From: a virus
Taxonomy: Duplodnaviria; Caudoviricetes
IMG/VR virus record: IMGVR_UViG_3300032224_000653
Span: 1-52,547 of that record
Reading direction: 5' to 3' (one strand)
Length of the DNA: 52,547 nt
Positions 37,930-45,906 of this stretch are shown here, piece after piece. The translations under genes and the position numbers were made by a program. The stretch's first letter is position 1, and the number at the start of each line of letters is the position of its first letter. The notes beneath the pieces are model-generated. The model was not told where the DNA came from. It searched no databases and saw only the letters and a list, made by a program, of their open reading frames with translations.

Positions 37930-40900
37930 TTTGTCCTTATGGATATACTGCGTGGTGTAGATAAGAATCGCCCCCCAGTGGTCACTTAGTGCCAAGAGGA
38001 TGCCCAGTAAAAACCAAAACACGGACGGAAAATAAATGTCCTGATTAAATTGATAGAGCGCTAAGAAGATTAAAAAGCCGCCGATAACTTTCAAAATGGT
38101 GCCTCCGGTAGTATGGTTGATGCTACTTGATATAAATTGGCCTTAGGAGCCCTTGGAAGAGCCCGTAAGGTCATGCCGGCGGTGAGGTAGGGGGTAGCCT
38201 CCAGTTTGCTTACAAACTTCCTACAGGCGCCCCCAAACTCGTCAATCAGTATGTACTTGTAACTGCTCACGCTCTGTCTCCCGTTGTTCTTCTTTCCACT
38301 GTTGCCACACCTCGAGGAGGTTTGTGTCCTCGTATGGTGTTGCAAGGATATGGTCAATAAATTCCTGTTGTTGCTTGTTGATTTTTACGATGGTATTTAG
38401 TCCGTGCATTTTATGCCTCCAGTGGTTTAACAATTACTGCCTTGATGTGTTGGATGGTTGTTACTTGTTTGACAAACTCTTCGTTGCTCAGTTTGCGTAC
38501 CAGTGGTGCGCTGATGTTCTCTCTGTCATACTCTTGCACCTCGGCAAAGAATGACTCACCTTGGTACTCACCTACGCCACGTGCCAAGAGCTCGGCCTTG
38601 AGCTTGTTTTTGATGAGCTCTAGCTCTTTGATTTGCGCATCGACTGCGCCGTACTGGTCAATAATATTTAACATTTAATTCTCCTTATGCGTGTTTTTTG
38701 AATACTAGCTCGTATTGTACACCACTTTGGTTGGTTGCGTCAACAGAAACATACGACTCATGTGCGCCATCTGAATCTACATAAAACTGCCACGCCTGCT
38801 CGGGTGTATCAAACTCCTTGACTAGGTTGATGTTGTGGATGATGGCCAGGGGTGATGAGGCCGTGGCTATGTCACTGGGGGCAAAGGTGCCAAACTCGAT
38901 ATTGCCATAATAGTATGTCGTCTTCATTCAATAATCTCCTCGATGTATGTAACTCTAAACTTGTCTTTTGAGTAGTGGAATGCGTGGATCTGCTCGATGA
39001 CACTAATTGCCTTGTGCATGGATGAGTCCTCGGTCTCATACACCTTGGCCATGCCGTCATCCTGCAACACCATCACCTTGTACTTGCGCCTCATTGTAGT
39101 CCCTCCAAAAAGTCTAGCCATTCTTGGCCTCGGTGCTCGAGCACAAACTCAGGCGAGCCCTTGGTGCCGGCCTTGACCTCGGTGCGTGATGGTATGCGGT
39201 TGCCGTAGTAGTCTTTGAACGACTCGGTGCCTAGCACGCACCATCCGTCACTGATGGCCTGCATCATGGTGCGGCCATAAGAGCCCTGTAGTGACCACAT
39301 CCCGCCGTTGATGGCACGCTGGATGGAGGCGTAGTACTCATACTCGTCTACTGCGTCCTCGGTCTCGATGTTGTTGATGTCCTTGATTGATAGTGTCATA
39401 CTGCCTCCTAACTAAATTGAATTTGTTGGTCTACCTCTTCGAGTGCGGCGATACCACGCCCCACCTCGTCTCGATCCTCTTCCCACTGCTCGATTGTTTC
39501 CTTGTTACCACTGCCACCCTCGTGCTCGTCCACGTACCACTGGGCAAAGTCTGCAAGTCTCTTAATTTTGTTGTACTGCTCGATTGTCATCGTGATATTC
39601 ATACTGCCTCCTCGTGTAATTGAATGCGTGCCTGCTCGGGGTTGTTATACCACCGATTGGCGATCTCTAGTGCGTCCTGCTCATCATGGGCATAGATCGT
39701 GGTGCGGTACTCGTCTGCCAGTAGTAGGTCGTATAGTGCTCCCATTATGCCTCCTCCACCTCAAACACACGCCAGTCGCCTGTCCCATCTAACTCCTTGA
39801 ATAGTCCTCCGTCTAGGTCACGTGCCACGTCCACTGGATCTTGACCCTCCTCTACCTCAAACTCACACACTAGGTCGTATGAGATTGTTGCGTATGCTTT
39901 GTACTTTTTAGTCGTCATTGTCTTGCTCCTCGTCAAATATGTAATATGGCACTTCTAAAAACTCACCCTCAAAGGGTAGGTTGGTCACAAAGTAATTGAT
40001 GCGGTTGACTAGGTGATAGCCGTTGACAATGTACAAATTACCATCATCGCCGTCGACCAGTGTCCAAATATATTTTGGATCCTGAGCACGTACAAACTCG
40101 AGCTCCTCGCCGTAGGTCTCAAACTTGTCATTCTCCCAAAACCCGTCGTTATCAATATGATTCTTTAGTGGTTGGTATTTCTCCTCCCACGCATCGAGCT
40201 CCTGCTCCCAGTCAATTGTCGTTGTCATCGTCCCACTCCTCGGTGTCATAGTCATATACATAAAAGCCTGTGTCCACGGCCTGCTGATAGGCCTTGGAAA
40301 AGGTCGGTGCATCAATGGTGAGGGTGTTGCCCTCTTCGTCTCTAAAGTATGCTGTAATCATGCTGTGTACTCCTTGATAAACTGTTCGGCCTCTTCACGG
40401 GTATCGTATGTTGGCAAACCAACACCAATGCCCCATCCCTTGTGCATTTCCATAACCATAAACTTATCGCCATAGTAACCTGCACGGCGGATCTGATAGA
40501 CTGGGTTCTCACTACGTGGTTGGTTCCAAATCCGTGCGCACTGCTCATTGTATACTGCATCAAATCCGCTCATAAATCCTCCATGTTAGTCTGTTTATTA
40601 TAATGACCTTGCCGGCCATTGTCAAACGTTATTGTAATCTTCCCAGTAATCGTACTCGGATCCGCTCTCAACGGCATCGTGTTGCTCGCAGTCGTCACTC
40701 AGGTACTGGTACGGCCACTCGAATGGATCGAGCTCCCATGCCTTTTCAATGGCCTCATCTTTTGAGTCGGCCTCTACCTCACGCACTAAAAACTGGGTGC
40801 GCACCACGATTACTTTAAATTTAGTCATATCAATTCTCCCATTTAGCTAGTCCATACAAACCATCCTTGACCTGCGCCAAGGTGTTGCGCACTACATTGG

Positions 40901-42202
40901 CCGAGCTCTCGAGCTCGAGCGCCAACTCACTATCACCACGCACATGAGCGCAGTCTGCGAGCTCCACAAGCTCTTTAATATGCGCCCTGAGGGCATACTC
41001 CATTAACTGCCCTTGACGGGTTGTGAGCCCGATCTCAAATTTATTGACTGCCATATTGCCTCCTATTATTCATATACACCGATCTCGCCTGCATTGATCC
41101 ACTCTGCGTGCAGGCCATACTTGTTAAGGATCTCAGTGATCTTGGGGTTGATACCAAAATCCCAGTCGGGGATCCTATAGCCCTCATAGTAGTCCGCCCA
41201 TAGGGTGTCACGGTCGTACTGGCCGGCGATGCCCTCTGCGCTGATCTGAAAATTCTCAATGTCTGAGCGCTCGTACACCGGAGCGCCGATTTTCTTAAGT
41301 GCGTTGAATGCTAGTCTGTGATTGCGATTCATTGTGATGCCTCCTCAATATATTGCTGAATAATTTTAATTGCCTGTTGGGGTTCCATGGTTGATTCGTA
41401 TTTAATTCCGCTCTCGTGTTGGAGCTGAATCTGATACCAATTATTTTGCAACGTGCAGATCACAAAAATATTTGGTTTGACCTCACGCTTGTAAAGTAGT
41501 TTTGCGCTCATTGATTGTGCTCCAATTCGTTAATTAAAAGTGCGTGCTCAGTGGCACGATCCTCGGCTCGGTATAGAGCAATGGCTTGTAAGTTTAAGCT
41601 CTGAGCTCTAGCCACCTGATCAGGGATACTGCCCTCGGGCACCTCGCCGTCAATTATACGGCGTTGTATTGCCACTGATTCAGCCATCATTTGATCTGCG
41701 GTCATCATTATACTGCCTCCTTAAAATGTATATTTTGGGTTAACACCGGCATCTTTTTGATACTGGTTCCACTGGGCGTTAGCCCTAAAATTGGCGATGC
41801 CGTAGACCTTACGCCAGTCTGCGATGCCCTCTTCCTTACAAAAATCTATGACTGCCTGCCGCTCATTACCACAAAAATCCCTAGTGTTGATAATCAAATC
41901 AACGGCGTTGCTGATTACTGCATCTGATATATAGCTCATACTGCCTCCTAGATATTGTATGTTTTTAGGTTACTGGTGAGCACGACTGTATTGCCGAGCT
42001 CGTCATATCCCTGCACTAGGATGTCGCCTAGGTTACTGAATGCACGGGCACGGCGCATCTGTGTCACGCCCTTGGTGCGGTACTCTTGGGTGATGCCGTA
42101 GTCGGCGACCTGTATGCCGTGTATGCCGTTGGTCAATGCAACGTCAATCCAGTCACGCACCAGTGCGACTGCTTGTGAATAAGTGATCTTGGGGTGTGCC
42201 AT
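37930..42202 (-). other. Early region: about 20 small hypothetical genes with strong AGGAGG RBSs
   Basis: Dense minus-strand ORFs, e.g. 38242-38409, 38411-38674, 38685-38927, 39091-39399, 39408-39602, 39908-40228, 40358-40573, 40622-40828, 40830-41054, 41066-41332, 41329-41511, 41508-41708, 41721-41939, 41948-42202. Confidence 0.7.
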
Positions 42203-42218
42203 TGTGGCCTCCTATGTT

Positions 42219-42270
42219 GGTCTCATCAGTGAGCGCATCACGCTCAGACCGGATTGCTCCGGTTTCGACC
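42219..42270 (-). ncRNA. Type II hammerhead ribozyme (downstream copy)
   Basis: GGUC-GAAA-CCGGA(GCAA)UCCGG-UC/UGAGCG(UGAUG)CGCUCA-CUGAUGA-GACC: complete core, three stems, GUC cleavage between 42247 and 42246. Confidence 0.93.
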
Positions 42271-42272
42271 TG

Positions 42273-42605
42273 TTACGCTGTCTCCTTAATTTGCTGTGCT
42301 CGTATAAACTGGAAAAAATCAAGGTTAAAATCGCCCCACTCGCTGGCCTTGTCACCGATCAGTGAGCCCTTGCCGATCAGGTGGTCATACAGGGCGATGC
42401 AGTCCTGATCCAGCGCCGTGGCCAGCACACCGATGCTACCCTTGTGGAATGCGTACTTGATGATCACGGTGGGCTCGTCGCCCTCGTATGATACGTGTAC
42501 GTTGGTGACGTCGCTGATAAACTCGAATGCCTTGGTGAGGGTAAATTCGATGCTGTTGGTGCCCTTAGTAAACGGGTTGTTTAGCCCGATGTTGATTGTA
42601 TACAT
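42273..42605 (-). CDS. Hypothetical protein (110 aa, MYTINIGL...) bracketed by hammerheads
   Basis: AGGAG RBS at 42611-42615; the longer ORF call runs through the ribozyme. Confidence 0.75.
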   Translation of the reverse strand: MYTINIGLNNPFTKGTNSIEFTLTKAFEFISDVTNVHVSYEGDEPTVIIKYAFHKGSIGVLATALDQDCIALYDHLIGKGSLIGDKASEWGDFNLDFFQFIRAQQIKETA

Positions 42606-42624
42606 ATATGCTCCTAGTAATGTT

Positions 42625-42676
42625 GGTCTCATCAGTGAGCGCATGACGCTCAGACCACGTCGCCGTGGTTTCGACC
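42625..42676 (-). ncRNA. Type II hammerhead ribozyme (upstream copy)
   Basis: GGUC-GAAA-CCACG(GCGA)CGUGG-UC/UGAGCG(UCAUG)CGCUCA-CUGAUGA-GACC; stem III covaries with the other copy; cleavage between 42653 and 42652. Confidence 0.93.
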
Positions 42677-42678
42677 TG

Positions 42679-42930
42679 TTACTCGTAGATGATACCCTCA
42701 TCTAGTGCCACCTGATACGCATCCTCGTGGCCTAAGGTTTTAACTAACTCGTAGTCATCGTCTTGGAATTCGTAGATCTCAAAACTAAACTGCTTGGTCT
42801 TGGGATTGTATTCCAATACGTTGATGTCATCTACCTGCCATGTAAGGTTATCGCCTAATTGCTCAGGCAATAATCTTGCAGGCACTACCTTTTTTTGGTC
42901 AATCAATTTAACGATTGTGAAATTAGGCAT
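42679..42930 (-). CDS. First early gene, hypothetical
   Basis: AAGGA RBS; first ORF after the sigma70 promoter. Confidence 0.7.
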   Translation of the reverse strand: MPNFTIVKLIDQKKVVPARLLPEQLGDNLTWQVDDINVLEYNPKTKQFSFEIYEFQDDDYELVKTLGHEDAYQVALDEGIIYE

Positions 42931-43145
42931 GGTGTATTCCTTTATATTGGTTGATTAGTACTGCCTCGAGCGCACTACATTGTAATGCGCTCTGAGCATT
43001 ACTATCACGGCTGTTGAGACTACTTAGCTCCGCCGGTATATCTTCGCTAGGTCTGTTTCTATATCCTAGGTCTGCCACATGATTATACAGGTTGGTACTT
43101 AGTCGCCTGTTGAGTAGATTAGCTACTGCACTTCCAATAACATCT

Positions 43146-43173
43146 ATTATCCGACCTTTGAGACGAATGTCAA
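43146..43173 (-). promoter_or_regulatory. Host sigma70 early promoter TTGACA-N16-GATAAT
   Basis: Perfect -35, 5/6 -10, pointing into the early region. Confidence 0.7.
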
Positions 43174-43465
43174 CAACTATTTGCAAATAGTTTGCGATCC
43201 TTATATCTATTGGGTTTGCCGGCGATATGAATACCTGAGCAATTTGTAGGGTTATTATGGGGCGCAGTTGTCCTGATTGCCTGTTGTTTCTCGCCCACCA
43301 TCGAGCTCCTCCCCTCACGCCCGCATAGCCCTGAGAGCCTTACAAACACTGGAAGACTAGAGATCGCCACATAGCCAAGGGGGTAGCCCCACCTCTTGCC
43401 AACTCGGCTCTATGACCCCTTAAAACCCCTCCAATCCGTCAATAGGTGTTTACCCTAATAGCCAT

Positions 43466-43605
43466 GTTAGTTAGTACTCACTAACGCTATGCACCAGTAT
43501 GGTGCATGGGTTAGGTGTGTGAGTGCTCACTTACTTAGCGCACCATGTTGGTGCATTGGTGTAAGTGTGTGAGTGCTTACTTACTTAGCGCACCATACTG
43601 GTGCA
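43466..43605. repeat. Three ~50-bp tandem units, each a GTGAGTGCTCAC-type palindrome plus an NtrC box
   Basis: TGCACCAGTATGGTGCA 43490-43506, CGCACCATGTTGGTGCA 43539-43555, CGCACCATACTGGTGCA 43589-43605. Confidence 0.8.
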
Positions 43606-43644
43606 CGGGACTATGAGGCTACGCAGACTGGGTGCTGGGCGCGT

Positions 43645-43661
43645 GGCAAGAAGCGTGCCAG
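43645..43661 (-). promoter_or_regulatory. sigma54 (-24/-12) site
   Basis: Minus strand CTGGCACG-CTTC-TTGC-C vs consensus YTGGCACGNNNNTTGCW; overlapping GG-N10-GC on the plus strand too. Confidence 0.65.
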
Positions 43662-43806
43662 CCCCATTGCACGATGTGAGATAGCGTTTCACAATGCGAA
43701 ATGCGGGTCCCTAAACCTAAACGGCATCACCCCTTTTAGGGTACCGGCCCGGTGGGGGCGGAGGCCCCATGCCAAACCTCAAGTTTGTATAATTTTTTTG
43801 TAGAAA

Positions 43807-44059
43807 AATCAAGCACTTACATATTGCTAAATAGTAAATGATAATCATTCTCATCTGTTTCTATATAAATCAAGGACTTAGCGCATCGGTCCCGGGGTTA
43901 CGGGGGTTACATACCCTTTTTATTATTTTTTAAAATTTTTTAAAAAAAGCGTAAGCGTGGGTGGGGGAGGTTAAAATATGGCTCGTAACCCCTGCAACCC
44001 TGGGACCAAACGTGTAAGTTGTTGATTTTGTTCAATCCAAATGATAATCATTATCATTT
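43807..44059. repeat. Origin-like element, copy 2, with flanking IHF sites and Fur boxes
   Basis: 23-bp inverted repeat 43888-43910 / 43985-44007 (3 mismatches); IHF 43807-43819, 43868-43880, 44015-44027; Fur 43837-43854, 44039-44059. Confidence 0.65.
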
Positions 44060-44077
44060 ACTTTATTTAATTACGAC

Positions 44078-44107
44078 GAGGCGTATTGTGGCAATCTGCG
44101 TATTAGT
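44078..44107 (+). promoter_or_regulatory. Phage promoter GAGGCG-N15-CGTATTAGT (leaderless)
   Basis: Motif ends 6 nt before ATG 44114. Confidence 0.7.
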
Positions 44108-44113
44108 AGAAGT

Positions 44114-44413
44114 ATGAACAAATACGTTTACCAAATCCAAGGCGCGTTGGAGAACGCGACCGGCGAGTTTTGTGGCCTGCGGGTGTTGGTATGCGATCTT
44201 TATAATTTTGATTCTGTGGATGTACCACGCGGTGTGTTGGACAAAGACACCGCGGCCTTCTTGCAGTTTAGGCTCAACATCACCAACGACACCGTCAACA
44301 TCCAACGGCTACCCAACGGGGTCCAGAACAAAATTCGATTACTACTAGGGACATGGTTAGACCGCTGGGTCTTAGAAAACTTTTATGCTGAAAAAGAAGG
44401 GCACAAACCATAA
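44114..44413 (+). CDS. Hypothetical protein
   Basis: ORF directly behind the promoter motif. Confidence 0.7.
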   Translation: MNKYVYQIQGALENATGEFCGLRVLVCDLYNFDSVDVPRGVLDKDTAAFLQFRLNITNDTVNIQRLPNGVQNKIRLLLGTWLDRWVLENFYAEKEGHKP

Positions 44414-44428
44414 AAATTGCGTATTAGT
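44398..44428 (+). promoter_or_regulatory. Phage promoter AGGGCA-N16-CGTATTAGT (leaderless)
   Basis: Motif ends 6 nt before ATG 44435; also has the TTG extension. Confidence 0.7.
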
Positions 44429-44434
44429 AAGAGT

Positions 44435-44951
44435 ATGAAAAGATTAAATACAATTACAAATAAACCCTTTAACCGCGGGGACGTACGAAAAGACGGATAT
44501 TTCTTTTTGGGTTATCAAACAAAAAAAAAATAAAAACGGATATTTTTATGAGGCTTGGGTTAGACCAGAAGTTTGGAAAAATCAAATTACTGGCGAAAAA
44601 AGCACTTTAGAAAAACATGTTAGAAGAACATTATCTCATGTAAAATCAAAAGCCAAAAAACAAAATATCCCATTTGATTTGTCTGTACAATACGCAATAT
44701 CAATTGTTTCTGAAACGTGCCCGGCTTTAGGAATAAAATTAAATTGGGCGTCACAAAATGGAATGCAAAGGGAAGCAAGTCCCTCATTAGATAAAATAAT
44801 CCCAGAATTGGGATATGTTGAAGAAAACGTCATGTGGTTGTCGTTTAAAGCAAATTTAATGAAAAACAATGCAAACCAAAAACAACTTAAAAAATTCGCA
44901 GAATGGATTTTGAATGGCCATATTGGCAACACAAAGGGTGTTAACCCATAA
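44435..44951 (+). pseudogene. HNH-like endonuclease frameshifted at an A10 run
   Basis: MKRLNTITNKPFNRGD... stops at TAA 44531; removing one A from 44521-44530 joins it to ...GYFYEAW...CPALG...SPSLDKIIPELGYVEENV. Confidence 0.75.
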
Positions 44952-45906
44952 CTACTGGAAATTTGCGGATGACCTGGTGCCGGGCGATGTGGTCTTTGAC
45001 CAACACGGACGACCGGTAACCATCACGCTCGCGCAGACCTACCGCTCGGCGCACTGCTACGAGGTGATGTTTAACGACTACCTCACGGTAAGGGGCGACA
45101 TCAGGATGTCCCTGGCGCTAGAGGACCGCAGGTATCGCTTCCGTTCTGACGCACACCGAGGCAGACACCAGTTCAGGCGCCCGCTTAAGGTCAAGACGAT
45201 AGAGGACCTACTCAGCGAGTCCATGCTCGACCACCGAAACCGAAAAACTTACTCGGTCCCCACCACACAACCCATCGAGCTGCCGCACCAGACGCTCCCC
45301 GTGCCGCCTTTTATCTTTGGTTTTTGGTTTTTTAACCACAAACTAAACGGCAACATGTGCCCAACCACTGGCCATGAAGACTTTATCTTGGAAAAATTCC
45401 AGGATCATGGCTATCTGATCAAAGAAAAAGACCTCAACCACCGCGGCGAGCGTAACTTTACGACTACCCCCACCGTCGTCTCTCACTTGGTCCCGGATAT
45501 TCCCACCAAGATACCCAACAACTACCTACTCGGGTCCGCCGAGCAGCGTTTTGAGCTGCTTCAGGGCATTTTGTTTGCAAAAAACCGCTCGTTTAACAAA
45601 ACCAGCCAACAGTTTCGGTTTACGAGCCTGAGCAAGACCTACGTTACGCAGGTTCAGTACCTGGCGGAGTCGCTCGGCTGCAGGACAAAGGTAGACTACG
45701 ACCCACACAACAAAAACTACACCATATTTATCAAGACAAAGCTACAGATCCACCCGGCGCAGAGGGTAAACCCTAACGCCAAGCACATCGCCCGACGATT
45801 TGTGACAGAAATCAATCCCGTCCCCTCCCAGCTGTGTGTTCACATCGAGACAAACGGCGCGGACCAGACCATTCTTGTGGGGGAGGGCTTCATAGCGTGT
45901 CTTTAA
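44914..45906 (+). CDS. Free-standing intein-like protein (Hint + degenerate LAGLIDADG)
   Basis: W....DLVPGDVVFDQHGRPVTI, CYEVMFND, LPVPPFIFGFW, KIPNNYLLGSAEQRFELLQGI, CVHIE...ILVGEGFI; no exteins, no terminal HN. Confidence 0.8.
   Translation: MAILATQRVLTHNYWKFADDLVPGDVVFDQHGRPVTITLAQTYRSAHCYEVMFNDYLTVRGDIRMSLALEDRRYRFRSDAHRGRHQFRRPLKVKTIEDLLSESMLDHRNRKTYSVPTTQPIELPHQTLPVPPFIFGFWFFNHKLNGNMCPTTGHEDFILEKFQDHGYLIKEKDLNHRGERNFTTTPTVVSHLVPDIPTKIPNNYLLGSAEQRFELLQGILFAKNRSFNKTSQQFRFTSLSKTYVTQVQYLAESLGCRTKVDYDPHNKNYTIFIKTKLQIHPAQRVNPNAKHIARRFVTEINPVPSQLCVHIETNGADQTILVGEGFIACL

Noticed and set aside
42606-42701. N-terminal extension of ORF 42273..42701
   Set aside because: It runs through the hammerhead; the RBS supports ATG 42605.
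43466-43605. Possible CRISPR mini-array
   Set aside because: Whole 50-bp units are similar, with no unique spacers; better explained as tandem TF sites.
42923-43803. ORFs called in the control region (42923-43318, 43170-43370, 43573-43803)
   Set aside because: No RBS, alternative starts, and they overlap promoter and repeat elements; likely spurious.
45834-45896. Upstream TerL start from the ORF track
   Set aside because: Lies inside the intein-like gene; GTG 45897 has the RBS.
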